From Neoechinorhynchus agilis (lineage: Eukaryota; Animalia; Acanthocephala), in the NCBI GenBank assembly GCA_051530055.1, contig CM121341.1:3028151-3092150 (forward strand): a stretch of 64,000 nucleotides of DNA, given 5' to 3'. A model generated the notes under the pieces. The model worked only from the letters and a program-made list of their open reading frames with translations, made no database searches and was not told the DNA's origin. A program made the position numbers and the translations under genes. This document shows positions 34,884 to 46,900 of the stretch, in pieces; within the stretch, counting starts at the first letter, position 1, and each line of letters starts with the position of its first letter.

Positions 34884-35966
34884 ATGCAATTAGATCGCCC
34901 ACGTCCAACATCTTTGATGGAACAAATGTTCAATGAAGCATGTATGGTGCTGGATTCAATTAATCGTCTTACATATGAATCATATCCAATCGATTATCAA
35001 TCGCTTCCCGTTCAGACAAAAGAACGAATTTGTACCCTTATCGTCAATACACTTGATTTTTCATCGAGGCACAAAGCATTCATGGATCTCAGTCGTCTAT
35101 TAGAAGCCGTCGAAGGTTTAGCTTTGCTTATGTGGAATACGGTTGGTACATCAGTGATGATTTCAGTTGAAATTATGAACATGGCAAGCCGTTTGACTTC
35201 CAACCAGGATCCTCCTTCCTCGGCATTTTTAGCCTACCTCCACAATCTAATGAGAGTTATTCGTGTTTTCACTCTTCAGCCCGAGATCCAGAACGATATC
35301 GTTAATTTAGGAGTAATCGAAGCGATATGCGGACTTCTCCATCATTGCCAGGATCACTCAATTCACAACGATCTAAAAAGCATTTGTCTCGCAGTCATTG
35401 TGGCTCTTTTTAAAAACAGAAATCAGTGTGTAGTAAAGCATTTACTGGACCAAGACACGCTTGGATGGTGTTTAAAAGAAATTCGTTCTTCGCAAAATGA
35501 ATTGGATGTCGTGGCTGCATCGATGTTTGCCAGTTTGATTTTTGACGATATCGGTCTAAATTACGTCTGCAGGACTTACGAACGGATTCGACATATAACG
35601 AACTATTTGAGCGCTTCATTTTGCAACATGGCCACAATTCCAAGACCAAAACTTTACAGAATTATCATTCAAATCTTCCTTCGAATCTCAGACAATTCAA
35701 CTGGTCGCATGGCGTTGAAATCTTGCTTGCCGGAATGTATTCGAAATGGCACACTCGTGGAATACTTCAGCGAAGACAGTAGACTATTTCAATTGACTTC
35801 TCTATTATTGCACAATGTTCAAAAGGCTACTGAAGTGACGAATTCATCTAAAGGTTTCGCGAATATAAATCTTCATTCGTTTATAGGATTCAATGATGGA
35901 AACGCGGCAAACTACAAACCTTCTTATCCAACCCGCGCTAATCGAGATATTTCGACCAAACAATAA
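34884..35966 (+). CDS. CNOT9: CCR4-NOT subunit CNOT9/RCD1/RQCD1 homolog, intronless CDS, highly diverged
   Basis: 360-aa ORF: RHKAFMDLSR...LALLMWNTVGT; ICLAVIVALFK; DDIGLNYVCRTYERIRH; FLRISDNSTGRMALKSCLPECIRN, collinear with Rcd1. TTTTTTTAG acceptor-like site 7 nt before the ATG. Confidence 0.9.
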   Translation: MQLDRPRPTSLMEQMFNEACMVLDSINRLTYESYPIDYQSLPVQTKERICTLIVNTLDFSSRHKAFMDLSRLLEAVEGLALLMWNTVGTSVMISVEIMNMASRLTSNQDPPSSAFLAYLHNLMRVIRVFTLQPEIQNDIVNLGVIEAICGLLHHCQDHSIHNDLKSICLAVIVALFKNRNQCVVKHLLDQDTLGWCLKEIRSSQNELDVVAASMFASLIFDDIGLNYVCRTYERIRHITNYLSASFCNMATIPRPKLYRIIIQIFLRISDNSTGRMALKSCLPECIRNGTLVEYFSEDSRLFQLTSLLLHNVQKATEVTNSSKGFANINLHSFIGFNDGNAANYKPSYPTRANRDISTKQ

Positions 35967-36681
35967 AATTAGAAGGTTCAAAACATTAACGTTATGAAAT
36001 TTCTAAGAGCTCTTATTATACACGATTTAAAAACATTTTAAATGGTATTTCGTCAATGGCAAATTTAAACAGCATTGGAAACAAGTGTACTGCTCATCTT
36101 ATGAGCGACTTAATTGAAAAATACAAAATCAAAATAAAAGATTTATTATTGCGTTAGATCTGTATTTTCAGCAGAACGCAAAATCCTGCTGAAAGTAAAG
36201 AAGAGATACCGTTTTTTCTTGAAAAAACTACAAAAATAAGAAATCTTGACCATAAAAACAGCATAATTATAAGATATTATTACATTTAACGCTCTATGCC
36301 GAATGTAAATCACAAAAAAAATAACGAAAATTTCTCGTCTGAAATTTTTAGGTGCCAAAGGTCATCGTGCTAATTAATTGTTCAAAAAACATTGCGGTTA
36401 AAATGTCGATATGAGAGGTGGCAATGGGTTATATAATTAGACGTTTTATAAATATTCACCCGATTTGAACAGAATAACAATTTGAACTCTCGTTTTTTAG
36501 AACTCGTGATAAACCGGATGAGGTTAAAAACGTATTTAATAAAAAATCTTTACCTGGTGAAAACATTTAAATAACGCTTCAAATTGCGTTTTAAATAAAG
36601 TCGTCATTAAAATTCGCATTTTCTATTTTTAAATTCTCAAGAAATCATCAATTGTATTTAAAAAACACTTTGTCGCTCGCA

Positions 36682-37627
36682 ATCAAAAGCTTCATTATTA
36701 AATAATCCTTATTTTTATTTCACTAATATTTTATCACACCGGCCGAGTCAAAATAGATGATTATATTTTTTCAAATCAATTATCCGATTAAGTCCGCTAT
36801 AATAAGTAGTTTCGGTGTAAATCCAACTGAACACGTAAAATTAATCTTTAAAGTTGCGATAAACAATATTTGATCTTCTTTTACGTTAAAATGACCATTT
36901 TTTCTCATGATAAAGAGAACAAACCAAATGAATAACAACCAATCGAAGATCATAAGGCCAGGATTTGCTGTTTTTCTGTAAGTGAATAAAAGAAAAGATC
37001 TTCTCAAGAGGAGATTATATCTCCAAATCATAGGAAAAAGGCGTGGTTCGCATGTCATGTGGTCTTTTTAGAAATAATTTAAAAAATTCGCGAATTAATT
37101 ATCATATTCGCAATTAATCAAAATGATTTGACAGATATTTAATTGTTTGAAGTTCTACGATCAATCGGCGCAAATCTTAAAAGTACATACAAACAAAAAA
37201 TTCAAAATAAATAATGTAATTTTTATACGGCATAAAATTTGGGATATAAAGTGCTAATTTTCTTAATTCTAATTTTTCAATTAAGTCACGGAAAATAAAT
37301 GGGCGTTCTACGGATAAAATGGTGATGATTAATTACTTTTAGTTTTCGAGCTACAAAAGATTTTTTTCTATTCTTGCTAATGAAAGTTGCTCATTTTAAG
37401 AGTCACAAAATCTGAAAAGCTCAACAAAAGATACTGTTATCAGATATCAAATATTTGAAATTCTGCGCTGCAGTACCTCAATCGATTTGAGAAACTCCAA
37501 TTTTCAGACCGTATTATTCAATTTACGCATATTTCCTTTTCTAGAAAAGTGATTTTAGGGCCGTAAAAATTTATTGTTTTATTTTAACCATGAATTAGTT
37601 TCCGGGAATTTTTCTTTTTACTCTTGC
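36682..37627 (+). repeat. About 950-bp dispersed direct repeat, copy 2
   Basis: Matches 31056-32034. Confidence 0.9.
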
Positions 37628-38648
37628 TAATCGGAAATTAAAAAGCATCTTTCAGAAACAAAAAGTCCGAAGTCCGCTCGCCAACTATCCGCGCAAAAAT
37701 GAAATCCGATTTAAAAATAAAACAACCAATGTATAAGCCAATCGCTTGATTTTCATTCGTTCGAATATCGCCTTCTTCAATGGTTAGAAAAAGTATTAAA
37801 CAATTGATAAATATCATTTTCAAATAACCGAAGATTATGATATAAAGATAATTAATGAATATGCGGAACTTTGTATATAATTTTCAAGATTTTTTAAAAT
37901 AAACTATTAAATCGCACAGTAAAAATTAACAAAAGAATAAAAAAATGCATAAACAACAGAAGCAAGCCGCAAATCGTTAAATCCGTTCTTGGTGGTAATT
38001 ACACTTTGGATGAAGATTTCGTGGAGGTTTATAATCTTTGGTTTGAAGATTCCGGTAGCGAGCAAGTATCCCTCAATGGTAGCAAACAATTAGGTTGGGA
38101 CTCACCACTCCTGGTAGCGAGAATTCACAACCCTTTAATTTCAGATTCTCGTGACCTGGTGAACCGAACTCGATTGGCGGCATTGCTAAATTATCAATGT
38201 TCTACGAATCAGTGGCGATCCGAGATCACGAGCATTCCTCCTACAAAACAAAAGTCTAACTAAGCAACGAGAAGGGACGCTGTATCCGTTCTTTCGACCG
38301 TTACACCAGGAAGGCAGTTGAGTGATCAAGAGCGGTGGTGTGAATGATTTTACTATCCAATATATAAAGCAGAGTTTCGAAAAAAAAACTACACTTATCA
38401 TGAATTTTCTAGTTGCTGCAAGGCAAATATAAGCACTTCACAGAAAATTATAAAGCCCGTACACAAAAATTTTAATAACGCGAGAAAGGCGTACGGTTAA
38501 ATTCAACCGAGCGTTTCAAAACATTCATTGCACGTTTTTAATGTGTATTTCTTGACTTTCAAAAGCACGGGTCTAAAAAACAATTTGACGTTTAATAAAA
38601 AAAATAGGTATAAATAGCAAACTCACCTTCGTCCTCGAGTGTTCTAAA

Positions 38649-41600
38649 ATGAAACTCATTTTACTTGCCGTTTTCTTGTCGACCTTTTTCCAAGTTGTCG
38701 AAGTCACTATACATCCAACTCCCCCGGGTAAGTTTATTCAAAGCTTCAAATGAAAATTTCTGTACAATGCCTTGAAGATGAATTTTCTTAGTTTGCATAA
38801 ATTACCATAGCATTGAAATCGGTTAATTTCACCTAACCAGCTATTAACAAATGAAATATTCGGCTAGAAAGTATTTTCATTTTATATAATAAAATATTAA
38901 ATAGAACGAAATTAAATTGAAATTCTTTTAAAACGTTCCTTTTTACACAATACTACTCATTTGGTCCTGAATTTAGGAGAAAGCAGCATTGAACCAGACG
39001 GCAATTCTTCGACAAGTTCAACACAGCCCATTGACACGGAAACTACAGGCGTCGACGAAGAAAGTAATGTTCAAATGAAAATCAATTCTGTCCAAAGCCT
39101 TGAAGATGAATTTTCTTAGTTTGCATAAATTACCATAGCATTGAAATCGGTTAATTTCACCTAACCAGCTATTAACAAATGAAATATTCGGCTAGAAAGT
39201 ATTTTTCATTTTATATAATAAAATATTAAATAGAACGAAATTAAATTGAAATTCGTTTTAAAACGTTACTTTTTACACAATACTACTCATTTGGTCCTGA
39301 ATTTAGGAAAAAGCGAAATAGAAGATGAGTACGAAACAACGGTGCTTCCAGAAGTGAGCATTGACACGGAAACTACAGGCGTCGACGAAGAAAGTAATGT
39401 TCAAATGAAAATCAATTCTGTCCAAAGCCTTGAAGATGAATTTTCTTAGTTTGCATAAATTACCATAGCATTGAAATCGTTGAATTTCACCTAACCAGCT
39501 ATTAACAAATGAAATATTCGGCTAGAAAGTATTTTTCATTTTATATAATAAAATATTAAATAGAACGAAAATAAATTAAAGTTCATTTCAAAGCAAATGT
39601 GCTAATTAGGGTTGCTAATCGGTAATAAATTTATTTTCTTGATTTCAACATGAAGAAATGTTTAACGACCTTCTAAGAAGTTTTAATATCTTGCCAAATA
39701 CAAATTTTAAGTTACATTTTGGTTCAGATAATAATACTCAAACGACCGAAGAGGTTACTACATCCCAAGAAAACTCCACCGATCCTTCTACGACATCATG
39801 CGGTTATCTCTGGATCAATGCAACTGCAAGTGGAGCTGGATTTACAGGTAAAAAGTCGTCGTTTAATAATGATTATTTATCCAGGCGACTCTCCTTTAAT
39901 TGATGTGCCACCACTGCCACCTGTAAAAAGTAATGTTCAAATGAAAATCAATTCTGTCCAAAGCCTTGAAGATGAATTTTCTTAGTTTGCATAAATTACC
40001 ATAGCATTGAAATCGTTGAATTTCACCTAACCAGCTATTAACAAATGAAATATTCGGCTAGAAAGTATTTTTCATTTTATATAATAAAATATTAAATAGA
40101 ACGAAATTAAATTGAAATTCATTTTAAAGCAAATGTGCTAATTAGGGTTGCTAATCGGTAATAAATTTATTTTCTTGATTTCAACATGAAGAAATGTTTA
40201 ACGACCTTCTAAGAAGTTTTAATATCTTGCCAAATACAAATTTTAAGTTACATTTTGGTTCAGATAATAATACTCAAACGACCGAAGAGGTTACTACATC
40301 CCAAGAAAACTCCACCGATCCTTCTACGACATCATGCGGTTATCTCTGGATCAAGGCAACTGCAAGTGGAGCTGGATTTACAGGTAAAAAGTCGTCGTTT
40401 AATAATGATTATTTATCCAGGCGACTCTCCTTTAATTGATGTGCCACCACTGCCACCTGTAAAAAGTAATGTTCAAATGAAAATCAATTCTGTCCAAAGC
40501 CTTGAAGATGAATTTTCTTAGTTTGCATAAATTACCATAGCATTGAAATCGTTGAATTTCACCTAACCAGCTATTAACAAATGAAATATTCGGCTAGAAA
40601 GTATTTTTCATTTTATATAATAAAATATTAAATAGAACGAAATTAAATTGAAATTCATTTTAAAGCAAATGTGCTAATTAGGGTTGCTAATCGGTAATAA
40701 ATTTATTTTCTTGATTTCAACATGAAGAAATGTTTAACGACCTTCTAAGAAGTTTTAATATCTTGCCAAATACAAATTTTAAGTTACATTTTGGTTCAGA
40801 TAATAATACTCAAACGACCGAAGAGGTTACTACATCCCAAGAAAACTCCACCGATCCTTCTACGACATCATGCGGTTATCTCTGGATCAAGGCAACTGCA
40901 AGTGGAGCTGGATTTACAGGTAAAAAGTCGTCGTTTAATAATGATTATTTATCCAGGCGACTCTCCTTTAATTGATGTGCCACCACTGCCACCTGTAAAA
41001 AGTAATGTTCAAATGAAAATCAATTCTGTCCAAAGCCTTGAAGATGAATTTTCTTAGTTTGCATAAATTACCATAGCATTGAAATCGTTGAATTTCACCT
41101 AACCAGCTATTAACAAATGAAATATTCGGCTAGAAAGTATTTTTCATTTTATATAATAAAATATTAAATAGAACGAAAATAAATTAAAGTTCATTTCAAA
41201 GCAAATGTGCTAATTAGGGTTGCTAATCGGTAATAAATTTATTTTCTTGATTTCAACATGAAGAAATGTTTAACGACCTTCTAAGAAGTTTTAATATCTT
41301 GCCAAATACAAATTTTAAGTTACATTTTGGTTCAGATAATAATACTCAAACGACCGAAGAGGTTACTACATCCCAAGAAAACTCCACCGATCCTTCTACG
41401 ACATCATGCGGTTATCTCTGGATCAATGCAACTGCAAGTGGAGCTGGATTTACAGGTAAAAAGTCGTCGTTTAATAATGATTATTTATCCAGGCGACTCT
41501 CCTTTAATTGATGTGCCACCACTGCCACCTGTAAAAAGTAATGTTCAAATGAAAATCAATTCTGTCCAAAGCCTTGAAGATGAATTTTCTTAGTTTGCAT

Positions 41601-42432
41601 AAATTACCATAGCATTGAAATCGTTGAATTTCACCTAACCAGCTATTAACAAATGAAATATTCGGCTAGAAAGTATTTTTCATTTTATATAATAAAATAT
41701 TAAATAGAACGAAATTAAATTGAAATTCGTTTTAAAACGTTACTTTTTACACAATACTACTCATTTGGTCCTGAATTTAGGAGAAAGAGAAATAGAAGAT
41801 GAGTACGAAACAACGGTGCTTCCAGAAGTGAGCATTGACACGGAAACTACAGGCGTCGACGAAGAAAGTAATGTTCAAATGAAAATCAATTCTGTCCAAA
41901 GCCTTGAAGATGAATTTTCTTAGTTTGCATAAATTACCATAGCATTGAAATCGTTGAATTTCACCTAACCAGCTATTAACAAATGAAATATTCGGCTAGA
42001 AAGTATTTTTCATTTTATATAATAAAATATTAAATAGAACGAAATTAAATTGAAGTTCATTTCAAAGCAAATGTGTTAATTAGGGTTGCTGATCGGTGAT
42101 AAATTTATTTTCTTGATTTCAACATGAAGAAATGTTTAACGACCTTCTAAGAAGTTTTAATATCTTGCCAAATACAAATTTTAAGTTACATTTTGGTTCA
42201 GATAATAATACTCAAACGACCAAAGAGGTTACTTCATCCCAAGAAAACTCCACCGATCCTCCTACGACATCATGCGGTTATCTCAGAATCAAGGCAACTG
42301 CAAGTGGAGCTGGATTTACAGGTAAAAACTCGTCGTTTAATAATGATTACTTATTTAGTCGTGTATTTTGAAACAGCAAAGAGCATTTCATTTTGGATCT
42401 ATGCATTGGTAACTTTATACCTTGCATTTTAA
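38649..42432 (+). CDS. Secreted acidic Ser/Thr-rich (mucin-like), putatively GPI-anchored protein built from duplicated phase-1 exons, about 397 aa
   Basis: Exon 1 38649-38727 MKLILLAVFLSTFFQVVEVTIHPTPP (donor GTAAGT). 87-nt exons 38977-39063, 39307-39393, 41781-41867. 120-nt exons at 39728, 40264, 40800, 41336, 42202. 45-nt exons at 39885, 40421, 40957, 41493. Last exon 42359-42432 VYFETAKSISFWIYALVTLYLAF* (hydrophobic tail). All junctions are GT-AG and phase 1. Confidence 0.8.
39394..41780 (+). repeat. 536-bp tandem repeat (intron, exon, 37-nt intron, exon), 4 near-identical copies, nested in a 2474-bp higher-order duplication
   Basis: Identical ORF calls at 39658, 40194, 40730 and 41266 (period 536); 39246/41720 and 39658/42132 are offset by 2474. 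Confidence 0.95.
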
Positions 42433-43024
42433 CGCCAATAAATTTGTTGTCTTAAGAACGAAAAAGATTTTTATTTTTTGAACCTGTTTAATTTATATAC
42501 AAATGATTTCTACTCTCGTCTTTTATTTTACGACGAAATACTAATAAAAACGGTAATTAAAAACGATACGTCTACACAAAGAACAAATGCCCGATTTTCT
42601 CGCAAACGAATTTAAGTGCAAAGGTTAAGGTTAACCATAAAAAAGTTATAATTTTTAACATTATCTTTTTTTATTGTCCGATAATTTGCCGCGTTTACAG
42701 ATTCGAAAATTGCACCGGAGAGTATTGTTCAGTGTTGCTAAACGAATATTTTTTCGTTTAATTGAGAATGCTAAATTTCAACTCTTGAACGTAAAGTAAA
42801 TATTTTTGTCTCCACTAATCAGACGGCATATTTACCGCGATTTCTATCTTCCTCTCAGCAACGGCCACCTCTGGTTATATACATACAAACGCACCTGACA
42901 GACCTCTGATTGCCACAAAACTAAATTTATTCATTCCGTTTGGGTTCATAGTTTTAATCAAGAAAGTTGTGCTCATTTGTAAGTATTAAGAAAGCCATCG
43001 ATAGAAAGTCCTCCGGGATAATAA

Positions 43025-43165
43025 AATTACACTTTCGGTGAGAATAATCCCGGTCATTACATAAAAACTTGCAAACAATGACTGAAGAGGAGAGGATACC
43101 TCGCGAAATATTTCGAATAAATAAAATATGTAATGACCGGGATTATTCTCACCGAAAGTGTAATT
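43025..43165. ncRNA. Fold-back element with one hammerhead motif (left arm truncated)
   Basis: 39-bp arms 43025-43063 and 43127-43165 enclose AAAAACTTGCAAACAATGA CTGAAGA GGA GAGG ATA CCTC GC GAAA TA TT (43082-43112). Confidence 0.75.
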
Positions 43166-43380
43166 ATTAAGAAAACTACCATTTCTCAGAATATTAGCAC
43201 ATAACAATTGAGTTCACCATTCCTTGTCTGATTTATCAAAAGCGACTTGTGGCTCCTTTTAGCTGATTGTCTTAAAGAGAGCACTTTAAATCCATGGTTT
43301 TTGCCTTCCCGAATAAAATATATTGGATATCATCGATTTATAATCCTTCGGGATAAGTGGTTACAGAATAACTTGCGAAA

Positions 43381-43460
43381 AAATGACTAATAAAAAGTGA
43401 GGTTACCTCATGAAATATTTCAAATGTCTTCGCCGCCAGTATGTTCACCAAAAGTCTAAT
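43381..43460 (+). ncRNA. Degenerate solo copy of the hammerhead element
   Basis: AATGA CTAATAA AAAG TGAGG TTA CCTCA T GAAA TA TT...TTCACCAAAAGT. Core mutated (CTGANGA to CTAATAA); 3' tail shared with the 33.9 and 43.1 kb copies. Confidence 0.5.
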
Positions 43461-43660
43461 TTTAATGAAATATTTCGAAAGCCGTAAAAACGAGTTTTTA
43501 TCAGCATCGCCCTTGTATGTCTCGAATTCTTATTCTATTTTTATCGAGTTCACGTTAAGCTCAAAATCTATTACTTCGCGATTGTATTAAAGATTTGGTT
43601 ATCGATGATCAACAATTTTACCTGAGTTTAGTTCTAAATAGTTAACATAGAAGGTTGCAA

Positions 43661-43768
43661 AATGAAGAGCCAAGATCGACGTCGTTCTTGGCGCAAAAAA
43701 TAGAGATTGCGGTGCAGCGGGGCAATGCGGCTGGCATTTTGGCCAGCGCCGATGAATGGGAGCGTTGA
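43661..43768 (+). mobile_element. Extreme 3' stub of a CRE-clade/RLE retrotransposon
   Basis: EPRSTSFLAQKIEIAVQRGNAAGILASADEWER*. Confidence 0.75.
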
Positions 43769-43908
43769 TGAAACTATAAATTATGTATGTTCGAAAAAAA
43801 AGTGTTTAATGAATGGTTAGAATTAAGGAAGTAAGGTGAAAATCCCTGTGCAAATCGAAAGGGACAAATTGTGTGTGTGTGTGGCTAGTTTAAACGTTTT
43901 GAAAAATA

Positions 43909-46900
43909 TCAATTCTTATATGATCGGACAACCAAAGTGTTGGGTTTCTCGATAAAACCTATCAAATCTAGCGTTGGATGCACAGTCTTTATAAGTGACG
44001 CCTTTTCGTCCATCTCTAACTTTTTTATATCCACATTTTCAGCCAACATAATCTCGTGATGCCCATCTTCGAAATCTAAAATTGTACACCGACCAAAGGT
44101 AGACTTAACAGCAACATCAACACTTTTCGTCATTAGAATCCATTGGCCGCTTATCCCGACCGAACGATAAAGTCCCTCATTCTTCAATGAAACGAGCAGA
44201 AAAGAGTCACAGTCGTAAATACAATCTATTGAACAGCTTTTGTTGATCGTAAATGTTTCGATTAAAGTGCATGACTTAAAGGTGTTATTTAAATCCATCC
44301 TGAAGATGTACTTTGAAATACGTCCGAAACAATTACCGGTGTATAGTATTGTCGAATTATAGTTGAACGCAAAGGAGGTCAGTCGAGTATTGTTATCATT
44401 CAGAATGTACAAAAGCTAAAAATAGTTTAGAAATTTTGGTAGAATATAAAGACTGAGTGCTAAAGACAAAATCGATGAGTATGTGGAAGTGGGGAAAATT
44501 ATATATCAAAGAATCACTTTAATTGAAATATTTCGTCTAATCACATTATTGCTTGTAAGTTTTTAAATATGTAAGCTAGACAATATTTAAAAACTTACAA
44601 GCAATAATTGACTGAAGAAGTCCAATGTGATTGGATGAAATATTTCAATTAAAGTCAGTAGTGCAATTTTAAATATTTGAAGAAGAAAAAACACTTATTT
44701 TTCGTTGGTTGTTGAATTCATATATTTTAAAATTATCCATAAATTAATCTGAAGCTTCCAAGTAACATATTTACTCATCAACCAAATTAGATTTTTTAGA
44801 TCTAAATTCGGAAAAAATAGCTTACATCTTTTAGAGAACATATCAGATGCATTTATATGAACTGCATAAACGAATGTGATGAGCAATTAGTCTATTTTCT
44901 TCGTTTAAGATAACGATTATAAAGTTTCATTCTTGGTGCCCATTTAAAAATTAAAGTTATTCGATTACATTTCTTTAGAGATGTTATGTTTGTTCAGCAG
45001 TTTCCTTGATGGCCGCGGCATTGCCGCGTTGGATCGCCGCGCTGATTCGCTGCAACAGGAAGCTGCTGGATCGCATATCGCCGGTGGCATGTTTTAGCAT
45101 CCCTCCCAGTCGTGAGATTTTTCTTTAAAGATATTTAAGATAACGAACATAAAGGCAAAATTCTGTGTGATTGCACTGCTTTTGAGCGTGCACTTAGAAG
45201 TACACGAGAATCGCGTTTAGGATTAAAATGTCGTCGAAATGGAAATAACGATAGTAAAATACGCTAAATTGGCCTAAACTAGAAGTTTATTTTGTATAAT
45301 TCAGTAGCACACTGTTTGCATTGAACGCGAATAGAAATTTTTTTATCGAAAAATTAGTCTAGTCGATTTGCTAAGAACAGTATTAATATAAAAAAGCGTT
45401 AACGTATTTCTGTAACTCCCTAAGATTAGAAAAACTTCAATTTCTTAAACTCCTTACATATTATGGTCAAATTTGAAATTCCAAGTATGCTATAAATTTT
45501 CAAAAAGCAAAATTATGCAAGATATTTTACGCTACCAAATAACGAATACTTTTAAAAGCTTTTTAACGAGTAAACGTGTGGCATCTTTTCATGGAACGAA
45601 CAAGTTTGAAAACTTAATATTTTCAGAACGAAAATACGACCAAAAAGCCTTTTCAATTTCACAAAAAGGGAAATAACTTACATTACATTTAGTTGGTAAG
45701 ATATTCCAAATATTAAGATACGAATCGTTTCCTGCAGTCACAAGAATATTCTCATTTTTTGGACATAGTTTACACATTAAAATTTCAGATGGATGAGCAG
45801 CTAAGCACTGCAGATAAAATTTATTATTTGCTCTTTTTTTCCAGATTCTAAACTTTTTGTACGATCAGCCACGTTTCGAAGGGCAAGAGTGCATACCTGC
45901 AAGTTCCATCCGAACTACCTGATATGAGCTTTTCAGATGTCATAGACCAATCGAGATCATTGACTCGATCAATGTGACCGTTTATAATGTCCGAAATTTT
46001 TTCGTCTGAATAAAGGTCGTTATCGTACTTAAATGATAAAGATTACGAGTATCTTACGCCTGATGTCGTATATTAAAATCGATTTAAAAGAAGTCGTTTG
46101 AATGATAAGTGCCATGAGAAAGTCATGGGAGAATTTGCTCGATTGGCGCTATTTTCCAGCTTTTTTATAGGCAAGGAAATTAGATTTTCTCAATTTATAC
46201 AGCCAAACCATTCTCAATCTATTGAATAATTGATTTCTAATGAATCAAAAGTGTATAAACGGAAATTGCCATTTAGGGTGAACTTTGGGAATTTTAGAAC
46301 AAATAAGAAACGAATTTATTTGGAAAGATGGTTTATTAGACAAATTCAAAAGATAGGAGAACATTCTCGCGACAGTTTGATAAAACGATGCAATAATTTT
46401 GTTTCTTAAATACGTGTAAAATTTTTTTAAATGGAAATGGTTTCCGAAGTACGCAAATTATAAGGCCTTAACTTCAAATCCTATTTGGTAATTTCCAATA
46501 ACGGTCTAGTCTGTAAAATAACCAATCAACTAATAGGTCCTGTAATTTTATCATTTTCAACAACCAAACGTTTTTCGAAACTTCCTTCCTTAATTCCAGA
46601 AATGAATTGGTGAGTTGATATTTCATCTTCTATGCAGGTTTGCGTTAGAACACTCTCAGTTTCGTATCGCGATCTACATTTTGGTGCAATTTTTCACTAA
46701 AATGATGCAATAATATGAGACCGACCGATAGTCCTCTGTGGCTTTACATTCCATTCGTTGTTTAGTATCATCTATGATACTACTGGCAGTTCCATAATCT
46801 ATAGATCGGAATTTACAGATCAAAGACGCTCCATAAGGCTTGAGTTTTTTCGAATGGACAAATTTTAGAATCTAGTTAACGTGATTATTAGTCGAGAAAT

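Noticed and set aside
37990-38360. GC-richer island with an 85-aa ORF
   Set aside because: No recognisable motif on either strand; probably a decayed mobile element, but unsupported.
39246-42432. Repeated ORFs MFNDLL..., MVQIII... and MKFVLK...
   Set aside because: They are intron-spanning pieces of the spliced mucin gene, not independent genes.
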